DNA of 20,000 nt from an uncultured virus (IMG/VR IMGVR_UViG_3300020221_001191) (Duplodnaviria > Heunggongvirae > Uroviricota > Caudoviricetes): the IMG/VR virus record IMGVR_UViG_3300020221_001191; one strand, written 5' to 3'. The notes beneath the pieces are model-generated. The model saw nothing but the letters and a program-made list of their open reading frames with translations, did not search any database and had not been told where the DNA came from. Both the position numbers and the translations under genes were made by a program. How positions within the stretch are numbered: position 1 is the stretch's first letter; each line of letters begins with the position of its first letter. Of this stretch, positions 8,732 to 16,723 are shown piece by piece.

Positions 8732-10651
8732 ATGGCAGTAGATATAAATGAAGAGTTAAAAAAGGCTGAAAATAAATCAGGCGTATATAAAAAATACAAA
8801 GAGTATAAAAAAGGGTATGAAGACCTAAAAAAAAAGGTTGGAAGTTCACAGGAAACTAGTAACAATTTTTTGAAAAAACCTTTGAATGATTTCACGGCTT
8901 GGAAAAAAAAACATGAAGCTAATGCTAAAACTTTTTTGGATGAACTAATAAAACAATTGAAACAACTCAAAGGTTCTGGTGTTGAATCAGATAAGTTGAT
9001 CAAAAGAATATTTATCAATTCTTTAAAAAAAATCAAACCTCAGATAAAAAATCTCATTATCGATGAAGCGATCAAAGCATTAGGATGTAGTAACATAACT
9101 TTAACGATACCATCAACATACTACGTACCTGTTAAGTCTGTAGATTTATTTGGATCTTTTGAATTACCGCCGACCGACAAAATTGGAAAATTTTTCTATG
9201 AACAAAATGAAATTTCATACAACGAATATCCATTTTCGATGAATAGAGAACTATATAATAGAATTCAAAATCTAAATCAACCATATTCTGCTGTTGCGAA
9301 CAACAACTATTTAGGTCTATCTCAACAAGGTATTTTTGATATAACCTATGTTGAAAGCTACGTTGATCCCATATCTCTACAACCAATACAAGGTAGTTTT
9401 TTTAAAGTGGATATAAGTACAAGATTAGGAGTACCGGCCGTTGATAAATTGTTGTCAGATTATTACGAATCAATTGACATTTTAGATTATAAACAATTTT
9501 TTACAAATTTAGTAGATTATGTTACAGGAGTAATTTCTTTCGGAAGAGGTGACGGAAATTTAAAACTTAGTTCTATACAAAAAGTTTTAATTATTATGCA
9601 AAGAATATTAGGATTATGTTCTGATTCAAATAAAGAAATTAATGTCGGATCGTCTTCTAAAATATCTGAGGTTGATAATGTTGACGAATCTTTTTATGAA
9701 TTTAACAACATTGACCTTAGAATTATAGAACAAAATATTTCTGATATAAAATTAGGTGTAATCGAATACGAAGAGTGTGATAAAATTAAATTTCCTCTTA
9801 ACCTTGAGGCGGTTTTGACCGCCTTAGATGAATTAACTTTCAACGAAGATACCACAGACGTAAATGAAATAGAGGCAGCCTCAGGTATTATTTATCCCGC
9901 TACAGATGACACTTTTAAACTTTCTTTAGATGCAGGATTTTTTCAACAATTTATTAAAGCGTTAGTTAATTCTGTGTTATCGCCAAAGAATGTTTTACCT
10001 ATTATGACAGTTGCCGCAATGTTTAATCAACCTATTTATAAAGAAATTTCTAATATTGAGGACTTTCAAAAAAAATTCAGAACATTTTTTAACGAATTCA
10101 TGACTAAGATTACGGCAATTTTTACCAAAGAAGTTTTCAATGAACTTAAAAAAGAAATAAAAGCATTAGTGAAGTTGTTATTGGAAGACATAGGTACAGA
10201 GAAATCAAATAAAAAATATCGAATGATATTAGCAATTGCCGCTGTTATACCAGGACTATTAGTAATTGCAAAAGATTTCAGAGAATGTAGAAGTGTTTTA
10301 GATGAATTGTTACAATTGTTGAATATAGGTATAAAAAAAGGATTGGATGCTATAGCTGCCAAGGGTGGTGATTTACCACTTCCTTTATTATTGTCGGCAA
10401 AAATTTTGGATGGATATTCACCAACAAGAGCATTTCTAAACGTTATAGAAAATTTAGAAGAAATAGGAGTTCCTACTGGACCTATGCCAGATGGTAGCCC
10501 AAACGAATTTTTAGCGTCAATCAAAGCAATTATTGATGGAAACGCTAAAGAAATCGAAGAAAACAGTAAAGTAGCAATCGGTATTGGACCATTAACCATA
10601 ACACCAGCAGGTGTTACCACACCATCAGATGCATATGGAAAGTTTTTTTAA
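8732..10651 (+). CDS. Large hypothetical protein (639 aa), probably virion/baseplate-associated
   Basis: Long ORF two genes upstream of the gp5-like spike. The function is inferred from context only. Confidence 0.75.
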   Translation: MAVDINEELKKAENKSGVYKKYKEYKKGYEDLKKKVGSSQETSNNFLKKPLNDFTAWKKKHEANAKTFLDELIKQLKQLKGSGVESDKLIKRIFINSLKKIKPQIKNLIIDEAIKALGCSNITLTIPSTYYVPVKSVDLFGSFELPPTDKIGKFFYEQNEISYNEYPFSMNRELYNRIQNLNQPYSAVANNNYLGLSQQGIFDITYVESYVDPISLQPIQGSFFKVDISTRLGVPAVDKLLSDYYESIDILDYKQFFTNLVDYVTGVISFGRGDGNLKLSSIQKVLIIMQRILGLCSDSNKEINVGSSSKISEVDNVDESFYEFNNIDLRIIEQNISDIKLGVIEYEECDKIKFPLNLEAVLTALDELTFNEDTTDVNEIEAASGIIYPATDDTFKLSLDAGFFQQFIKALVNSVLSPKNVLPIMTVAAMFNQPIYKEISNIEDFQKKFRTFFNEFMTKITAIFTKEVFNELKKEIKALVKLLLEDIGTEKSNKKYRMILAIAAVIPGLLVIAKDFRECRSVLDELLQLLNIGIKKGLDAIAAKGGDLPLPLLLSAKILDGYSPTRAFLNVIENLEEIGVPTGPMPDGSPNEFLASIKAIIDGNAKEIEENSKVAIGIGPLTITPAGVTTPSDAYGKFF

Positions 10652-10871
10652 TATTGAAGATAAAAGAATAAAGGCAAATGAAGTTCTTAAAATTATTAAA
10701 GAGCATAAAGACAGATCGAACAGAGATTTGCAAATTGCCATGGAATTTATAAGTGAGGATCACAAAGTCACCAAAGAATCTATAATTAAGTTAACACACC
10801 ATTTGGACGCTTTGGAAAACACTTATAATGTTATACATAAAGAATATACAGAAAGAACAAAGGTCATATGA
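10635..10871 (+). CDS. Hypothetical coiled-coil protein (~78 aa)
   Basis: ATG at 10635 (alternative 10629) overlaps the upstream gene end. ATGA-coupled to the next gene. Confidence 0.65.
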   Translation: MESFFNIEDKRIKANEVLKIIKEHKDRSNRDLQIAMEFISEDHKVTKESIIKLTHHLDALENTYNVIHKEYTERTKVI

Positions 10872-12421
10872 TAGACGATAAAAGAATGATTTTCCAAGGT
10901 TATGTAATAAATAACCAAGATCCTTTAATGTTAGGTCGTATAAGAGCCTTACCAATCGATCAAGTTGAGTCCGATATTTTACCCATAGATTTCAATCCTG
11001 AAAAAGATATTTGGACTGAAAAAGATCCTCTAATTTTTCTTCCTTTACTACCTTATTATATAAGTCAAATTCCAAAAATTGATGAGTATATTCACATTTT
11101 TTATCACAACACAGAAATGGTTGTTGACAATTCTAAATTTTATATTCAAGGACCTATTACTAGACCCCAAAATAACTTTTTTGAATCTTGGCATAATTCA
11201 GAATCAATGTTAGCTAGTGGAGTTTTTTTAAAAAAAGCAAATAACATCAAAGACCCGTTAAGTTTTGAAATCAAAGCTGAAGCAAAAGGGATTTATCCTG
11301 AACCAGGAGATAATGCTTTACTTGGAAGAGGGACCTCTGATGTTATTGTTAAACAAGAAGAAGTGTTAATTAGAGCAGGAAAAAATATACCAACACAAAC
11401 TGCAGGATTTAATTTACCAACACCTAGACTTAATCGAGCATTTGTCCAACTTTCAAACTTCGAACTCGAAAGAGGTGAAAGACCTCCCAAAAAAGTTACT
11501 GAATTAATTAATAAAGCTTTGGCGGTCAAAAAATTAATCGAGTGGGAAATTACAAATGAAAACAGTATTACAGGTCTAACACAAAATAATTCAGTAACAG
11601 GTGTGACATTTTATGATGGTAATATTAAATTATATTCTTTACTACCTAAATCAAAGGTAACAACAATTGATATTCACATGAACACACCTTTAGATGATTC
11701 TAAAGCGGGGCCAGAGTATGAATTGTTTTTTACTGGTCAAACTTTAGAGGAAGGTGTAAAAATTATCAATCAATTTATTTCGGGGGTAAATAATGGAAAA
11801 ATCAATGTTCAAAATTATGAACAATATCCTTTCGATAGTAGTTTACAGATTTCAAGACAATTTCCCTTTTATTTTAGACCTTCAAAAAATAACGTTGATA
11901 AGCTTAGTTCGACAGGATCAACTGACTTTAACATGGTGAATAATTTTTTTACACAAATAAAATTGCTACCATCAAATAAAGAATATGGAAGTGTTTTAGT
12001 TTGGACAAAAAATATTGTGGGCCAACAACTTACAGTTCAAACAAATACACTTGATCAAAATGTTTACACATCAAATCCAATATCCTTCGGAACAATGGTC
12101 GCAGACACACTATATCTTCTTTCCCATAAAACAGATATCCCTTCCAAAAGAAAAATTGTTTTAGAACCGAAAAAAACTTTATATGGTATTCCACAACCTT
12201 TCTTCAACGAAATTATAAGTAAAAACACAGATCCTATGGTAAGAGGAAATGAACTTATGAAATTATTAACTCTTATTGTTGATTTTTTAGAGTCACATGT
12301 TCATAACATAAATAAAGCGCCAATACCAGTTGCTGTCGATGGAACAAAGATAGAAGAAATAAGAAATATTTTGCAAAATTCTAGTAACACAATATTAAAT
12401 CAAAGAATACGACTTAATTGA
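10868..12421 (+). CDS. Baseplate hub/central spike protein (gp5/VgrG-like OB-fold N-terminus, HxH tip)
   Basis: FQGYVINNQDPLMLGRIRA and PLLP...PKIDEYIHIF match the gp5/Vgr OB fold. PGDNALLGRGTSDVIVKQEEVLIRAGK is beta-helix-like. C-terminal PMVRGNEL...ESHVH is typical of spike tips. Confidence 0.7.
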   Translation: MIDDKRMIFQGYVINNQDPLMLGRIRALPIDQVESDILPIDFNPEKDIWTEKDPLIFLPLLPYYISQIPKIDEYIHIFYHNTEMVVDNSKFYIQGPITRPQNNFFESWHNSESMLASGVFLKKANNIKDPLSFEIKAEAKGIYPEPGDNALLGRGTSDVIVKQEEVLIRAGKNIPTQTAGFNLPTPRLNRAFVQLSNFELERGERPPKKVTELINKALAVKKLIEWEITNENSITGLTQNNSVTGVTFYDGNIKLYSLLPKSKVTTIDIHMNTPLDDSKAGPEYELFFTGQTLEEGVKIINQFISGVNNGKINVQNYEQYPFDSSLQISRQFPFYFRPSKNNVDKLSSTGSTDFNMVNNFFTQIKLLPSNKEYGSVLVWTKNIVGQQLTVQTNTLDQNVYTSNPISFGTMVADTLYLLSHKTDIPSKRKIVLEPKKTLYGIPQPFFNEIISKNTDPMVRGNELMKLLTLIVDFLESHVHNINKAPIPVAVDGTKIEEIRNILQNSSNTILNQRIRLN

Positions 12422-12428
12422 TATTTAT
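12421..12428 (+). promoter_or_regulatory. ATATTTAT motif, candidate late promoter
   Basis: GATATTTATT, with the core 13 nt upstream of ATG 12442. Confidence 0.5.
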
Positions 12429-12441
12429 TATAAAAAGATAA

Positions 12442-13908
12442 ATGTCAATTAATAACTCTTATTTTAGTAGAAATAATACAATAGTATTCAACAGTTATGT
12501 AAATACAGGTAGGAACCCTGTTACGCAACTTTATTATGGGGATGGTGGTTTAGTAAATCCAATAGGGTATTCAAGGTTTATTTTTGATTTAGATTTGGAG
12601 CTATTGAGAGAAAAGTTATTCACAGGTGTAATCTCCACAGGTTGTACAAACAACATGAGACACATTTTAAAAATGACAAATACTTCATCATTCGATAATG
12701 AACTTTTGAATACGTCTATGCCTGATGGGAGTTTGAGAGCGACTTCTTTTGATTTGATCCTTTTTAGAATACCACCGAAAGATTTTGATCAAACAAGACC
12801 ACAATATTGGGATGAAGGTGTTGGTTATGATTTTTATGATGTACCAAATCAAATGATACCAAACAAATATTATTCCAACAGACCATCGAATTGGTATCAA
12901 ACAACAACAATAGAAAATTGGGAACAATCTGGAGTTTATGACAACATGAATATTGGACCTATACCCTTTTCTTCGTTGACAATTGTAGATATACAACATT
13001 TTGAATTCGGTAATGAAGACATCGAATTTGATATGACACAAGAAATCAATGATTTATTAAACGGAGACTACATAAATCCTACAGGTTGGGGAATCGCATA
13101 TCTTCCAGATGTTGAAAATCTTGTAGGGACAAGTGGAATTTATTCTGTAGGTTTTTTTACAAGACATACCCAAACTTTTTATGAACCCTATTTACAAACA
13201 ACTTATGATGATTTAATTGAAGATGATAGAAATAACTTCACATTGGGAACTGCCAATAAATTATACCTATACATTTACGAAGATGGGGATTTCAAAAATT
13301 TAGATCAAACACCATTAGTAACCATTTCCGATTCATCGGGAACTGCAATACCTGGTTTAATAAACTTAATTTCCTGTTTGAAAACAAAAGGAGTTTATGA
13401 AGTTGAAATTCCGCCGCTAATTGGTTACAAAACACCTTGTTTATTTACGGACACATGGTCATATATAAAACTTAATGGATTTTCATTACCCAATCAAATT
13501 AATGAATTTACTGTATATCCGTTGAAAAAATCAATCCAAATTGGAACGTCAACAAATGATCCTTCTCAATATGGATTTAGTTATTACGGATTAAAACAAA
13601 ATGAAAAAATCTTAAATACAGATGTTAGAAAAGTTGGGGTTATAATAAAACAGGCCTATACAACAAATAAACAACTTCCCAACGTAGATGGTCAATATAG
13701 AGTGTATGTTAGAGAAGGTCAAACTGAAGTTATTGTTCAAGATTGGACTTCATTGAATAGAACACCAAATGAGTATTATTTCATTTTTGATACAAGAGAT
13801 AAAATACCAAATATGTATTTTGTTGATATCAAGGTAACGACCTCAGGTCAAGTAAATGTTTATAAACAACAAATTAATTTTCAAATCGTAAACGAGAAAA
13901 CAGAATAA
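12442..13908 (+). CDS. Probable virion structural protein (DNRLRE-like beta-rich N-terminal domain, Ig-like C-terminal part)
   Basis: NTG.NP..L, SRFIFDLD, WDEGVG, SNW, IEFDMT, GWGIA, FFTRHT..FYEPYL pattern recalled from DNRLRE-like phage structural proteins. Beta-rich composition. Confidence 0.55.
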   Translation: MSINNSYFSRNNTIVFNSYVNTGRNPVTQLYYGDGGLVNPIGYSRFIFDLDLELLREKLFTGVISTGCTNNMRHILKMTNTSSFDNELLNTSMPDGSLRATSFDLILFRIPPKDFDQTRPQYWDEGVGYDFYDVPNQMIPNKYYSNRPSNWYQTTTIENWEQSGVYDNMNIGPIPFSSLTIVDIQHFEFGNEDIEFDMTQEINDLLNGDYINPTGWGIAYLPDVENLVGTSGIYSVGFFTRHTQTFYEPYLQTTYDDLIEDDRNNFTLGTANKLYLYIYEDGDFKNLDQTPLVTISDSSGTAIPGLINLISCLKTKGVYEVEIPPLIGYKTPCLFTDTWSYIKLNGFSLPNQINEFTVYPLKKSIQIGTSTNDPSQYGFSYYGLKQNEKILNTDVRKVGVIIKQAYTTNKQLPNVDGQYRVYVREGQTEVIVQDWTSLNRTPNEYYFIFDTRDKIPNMYFVDIKVTTSGQVNVYKQQINFQIVNEKTE

Positions 13909-13912
13909 TTAG

Positions 13913-13920
13913 ATATTTAT
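13913..13920 (+). promoter_or_regulatory. ATATTTAT motif, candidate late promoter
   Basis: GATATTTATA, with the core 13 nt upstream of ATG 13934. Confidence 0.5.
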
Positions 13921-13933
13921 AAAAAAAAATATT

Positions 13934-14323
13934 ATGCCATTTCAAAATTTTGAGTTATGTGATCAATCGGGAGTTTTTGTTCAAGTCGACGATAATGATG
14001 CAACTTTAGTTACAGGTGACACGTATTCCGTAATAGATGGTTCTACAGGTGCAATATATTGTGCCACTTTTGTTGGGGGTGCTCCATCGGGACCTGAATA
14101 TACTTTAGGAACTTTATTTGATTCTTGTATTTCTTGTAATTCTAGTATTCCATTTTCCGCAGGAACAGAATACAAAGGTTGTGTTATCTGTTGTCCATGT
14201 GGAACAGGAACAACCGTAAATGAAGTAACATTACCACACCCAGAATGGACAGGGTTATATGGAAATCCAATTACACAGTTAGATGCAGTTCAATTAGGAG
14301 GACAAAACGGATTATACATGTGA
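13934..14323 (+). CDS. Small Cys/Gly/Thr-rich protein, probably virion-associated
   Basis: 129 aa with 8 Cys including CISC and CVICCPC. Very Lys-poor compared with its neighbours. Confidence 0.75.
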   Translation: MPFQNFELCDQSGVFVQVDDNDATLVTGDTYSVIDGSTGAIYCATFVGGAPSGPEYTLGTLFDSCISCNSSIPFSAGTEYKGCVICCPCGTGTTVNEVTLPHPEWTGLYGNPITQLDAVQLGGQNGLYM

Positions 14324-14328
14324 AGATT

Positions 14329-14787
14329 ATGAAAAATTTAAATTATATTATTAGAAAAGTTTTATTAGAAACACACGACGAACAACATTCCTCGAGATAT
14401 ATGTTTTTTTCCAATTTGGAACAAATGAGAAGACAATGTGATCTATTATTAGATTTGGATCAAAACATGATTGACGAAATTTTAGAAAACGGTCATGATT
14501 GGGCTCAAGATCACGTCAGTGAAGCAAAAAACAACATGGATCAAGTTTTTGATTTTTTGATGAATCAGACCAATTCAGAACACCATGAAGACAATATGTA
14601 TGACGATATGATGATGGAAGGTAGGAAAAAAACTGGAACAAAATTATGTGCTAGAGGTATTGCATCTGCCAAAGCAAAATACGACGTATATCCAAGCGCA
14701 TATTCAAATGGTCACGCTGTCCAAGTCTGTAAAGGGAAAATTAAAGGACTTGACGGAAAAAGAAGGTGTTCAGGAGCGTTTTGTTAA
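14329..14787 (+). CDS. Probable head-internal protein: leader + acidic domain + basic Cys-containing 'AKAKYDVYPSAY' domain
   Basis: ATG at 14329 (5 nt after the previous stop) gives MKNLNYIIRKVLLE. The C-terminal KLCARG..AKAKYDVYPSAYSNGHAVQVCKG resembles the N-half of a DUF5872-type viral domain (from recall). Confidence 0.7.
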   Translation: MKNLNYIIRKVLLETHDEQHSSRYMFFSNLEQMRRQCDLLLDLDQNMIDEILENGHDWAQDHVSEAKNNMDQVFDFLMNQTNSEHHEDNMYDDMMMEGRKKTGTKLCARGIASAKAKYDVYPSAYSNGHAVQVCKGKIKGLDGKRRCSGAFC

Positions 14788-14789
14788 TG

Positions 14790-14816
14790 AACTAATCCTA
14801 ATTAGTTTTATTTTAT
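14790..14816 (+). terminator. Weak AT-rich hairpin, possible terminator
   Basis: AACTAAT-CCTA-ATTAGTT followed by TTATTTTAT, just after stop 14787 in a convergent intergenic region. Confidence 0.3.
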
Positions 14817-14948
14817 ATTCATTTCGATATTTGTAGAACAAACATAAACTACAAATAAATGAAAAAAGAAGAAACAAAAGTGAAATCGAAGTAAAAACAA
14901 TATAAAAAATTCTTTGGATTATATTTTAAAAAAAAAATTAATTCTAAT

Positions 14949-15716
14949 CTAAGAAGATTTAAGTTTTTGAATAATTGACAGTACCGTGGTATCTTCTTTT
15001 ATATTCTTTTTTGGTTTATAAGAAGTCATCACAGGTTTTTGTCCTTTACCTTGTTGTGGATCTTTTTTTTCGGCTCTTCTTTTTTGAGCACAAGCACTCC
15101 TTTTTTGTGAGTCAGACATTTTACCAGCAACTCCCGCAGCTCTACACTTAGGATAAGAACCCTTAGAAGTATCACTTCGTCCACAGGGAGGATGCTTACC
15201 GTCGACTTTACGACAAATATCTACCCAAGGACCACTTGGTTGAGAAGATCCTTTGGGTTTCTTCTTTTTACCAAACCATACGGCCAAATCTTCGTTTATT
15301 AAACCTTTGTCTGAAACTTCCACCCACTCATTAAAAGGGACCTTTTCTATAAATGGCGCCAATTTCCTATTATGATCAGGACTTTTACCATCATACATAA
15401 ATTGATTCACAGGGTTTCCATCTTGATCTGAAAAGGTTGAGTAAGGGTGGGATTTGATGTAATTCTGTATTTTTGAAGCGACTTTTTCCAACTCTATAAT
15501 TTGATCTTTTTTTAGGTCAAACTTGTGGTCATAACTATCATATTGGACAAGTGGGCTTTTGAAATTAGATACAGACTTGTCAAATGGTCCCAAACTCGAT
15601 TTTTTCCATGGTCTAAGACCTGGTTGCACGGGAGGTATATAACTTCCCCGACTTCCCGTAGCGTCACTCGTCGCCTCTCTAATTACCTTAGATATAATTT
15701 TATTTAGATTTTTCAT
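14949..15716 (-). CDS. Probable head-internal protein: leader + basic Cys-containing 'WVDI...CGRS...YPKC' domain
   Basis: Starts MKNLNKIISKVIREATSD. The C-terminal DLAVWF...PWVDICRK...PCGRS...YPKCRAA...KMSDSQKRSACAQKRRAE resembles the C-half of a DUF5872-type domain (from recall). Confidence 0.75.
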   Translation of the reverse strand: MKNLNKIISKVIREATSDATGSRGSYIPPVQPGLRPWKKSSLGPFDKSVSNFKSPLVQYDSYDHKFDLKKDQIIELEKVASKIQNYIKSHPYSTFSDQDGNPVNQFMYDGKSPDHNRKLAPFIEKVPFNEWVEVSDKGLINEDLAVWFGKKKKPKGSSQPSGPWVDICRKVDGKHPPCGRSDTSKGSYPKCRAAGVAGKMSDSQKRSACAQKRRAEKKDPQQGKGQKPVMTSYKPKKNIKEDTTVLSIIQKLKSS

Positions 15717-15723
15717 TGAATAA

Positions 15724-15752
15724 CATTTATAAATATCTTATAATTATAAATA
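15724..15752. promoter_or_regulatory. Divergent intergenic region with candidate promoters
   Basis: 35-bp gap between divergent ATGs (15716 on -, 15752 on +). GATATTTATA on the - strand, core 12 nt upstream of 15716. Palindrome ATTTATAAAT at 15725-15734. TATAAATA occurs twice on + (15728, 15745). Confidence 0.5.
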
Positions 15753-15964
15753 TGAATGAAGAAAAAGAAATTTATGGTAACCTTTTTGGGTCAATAGAAC
15801 TTTTGAGTGAGGAACATTTAGAGGCAATTTTAGTGTCTATGGATAAGGATTTAGCAAATTATTATATAATTGAATCTGTTAAATTGGCCTACAGGAAAGG
15901 GGTTTATACAATTGGTGAAACAGAAGTTATTTCTAAAGCAATTAGAACTATGTTAAGACAATAA
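15752..15964 (+). CDS. Hypothetical protein (70 aa)
   Basis: ATG at 15752 gives MNEEKEIYGNLFGSI..., filling the gap between two - strand genes. Protein-like composition. Confidence 0.65.
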   Translation: MNEEKEIYGNLFGSIELLSEEHLEAILVSMDKDLANYYIIESVKLAYRKGVYTIGETEVISKAIRTMLRQ

Positions 15965-16636
15965 TTTATTTGATTTTTTAATATTGTCAACACCCCACAT
16001 AGGTTGTAAATTACCTAATGACCAACAATTCATAAACGCTTCATCGCCTATTTCTAAAATCATAAACGATGAAATGGGTTTAACGTGGTCAACGTGCCAT
16101 TCACCGTAGTTATCCCACGACATATTTTCACTGAATCTATCTTCCAAATGAGATATAAGTTGCTCGGGAGTATATTTTAGAATGTCAAAATAATGTCCGT
16201 TTTTATTTATGTCGTTTTCTTTAAGAACTTGATAAATAGCAGTTCTGAAATTGTTTATTAATTTATAGAGGGGGTCTCTTGATTTACGATTTCTTTCGTA
16301 ATTTCTTTTATTTTCCCTATGTCTTTCAATATTTTTTTTTCTCCATTTTTGATGATACTCATTAAGATGTTCTCTATTTTTTTCAGACCATTTTTTGTAA
16401 TAAATTAATTTCTTTTCTTTGTGTTTTTGGTAGTTTCTTTTATCAGATGCACTTTTACCCCCTTTATATTTTCTTCCAGATGACCCAATCTTAACATTAT
16501 TTTCTTTTAAAATTCTTAACACTATATGTTTTTTTATATCTAATTTTTCAGATATAGAAGGACTTTTCAAATATTCTTCATTATAAAGTCTTATAATTTC
16601 ACATTCTAAATCCTTATCAATAATTATTTTTTTCAT
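15953..16636 (-). CDS. HNH endonuclease (free-standing homing-endonuclease-like) with N-terminal HTH and basic helical linker
   Basis: C-terminal MSWDNYGEWHVDHVKPIS...CWSLGNLQPMWGVDNIKKSNK. N-terminal IIRLY...SPSISEKLDIKKHIVLRILKEN is HTH-like. K/R/Y-rich middle region. Confidence 0.85.
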   Translation of the reverse strand: MKKIIIDKDLECEIIRLYNEEYLKSPSISEKLDIKKHIVLRILKENNVKIGSSGRKYKGGKSASDKRNYQKHKEKKLIYYKKWSEKNREHLNEYHQKWRKKNIERHRENKRNYERNRKSRDPLYKLINNFRTAIYQVLKENDINKNGHYFDILKYTPEQLISHLEDRFSENMSWDNYGEWHVDHVKPISSFMILEIGDEAFMNCWSLGNLQPMWGVDNIKKSNKLLS

Positions 16637-16641
16637 ATAAT

Positions 16642-16649
16642 ATAAATAT
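16642..16649 (-). promoter_or_regulatory. ATATTTAT motif, candidate late promoter for the HNH gene
   Basis: TATATTTATA on the - strand, core 5 nt upstream of ATG 16636 and downstream of the capsid terminator. Confidence 0.45.
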
Positions 16650-16673
16650 AACGTAGAACCTATTATTATAAAT

Positions 16674-16704
16674 AAAAAAAGGTCAGATTTCTCTGACCTT
16701 TTTT
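16674..16704 (-). terminator. Rho-independent terminator of the major capsid gene (possibly bidirectional)
   Basis: On the - strand: AAAAAA-GGTCAGA-GAAA-TCTGACC-TTTTTTT, a perfect stem with a GNRA loop and U-tract, about 20 nt after the capsid stop. Confidence 0.9.
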
Positions 16705-16723
16705 CTTATAAAACTTTAATTGA

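Noticed and set aside
10066..10620. 184-aa antisense ORF and other opposite-strand or nested ORFs (5107, 5564, 6927, 8422, 8707, 9132, 11293, 12688, 13981, 14648, 15525, 16864, 17016, 18570, 19102, 19110, 19229, 19536)
   Set aside because: They lie wholly or mostly within better-supported genes and have shadow-like F/S/I-rich composition with no motifs.
14245..14328. ORF-track starts at 14245, 1330, 10611 and 15716(+)
   Set aside because: They overlap neighbouring genes. Downstream ATGs at 14329, 1369, 10635 and 15752 fit the spacing better.
14788..14948. tRNA or structured ncRNA in the largest intergenic gap
   Set aside because: Extremely AT-rich, with no cloverleaf, T-loop motif or stable stems beyond one weak hairpin.
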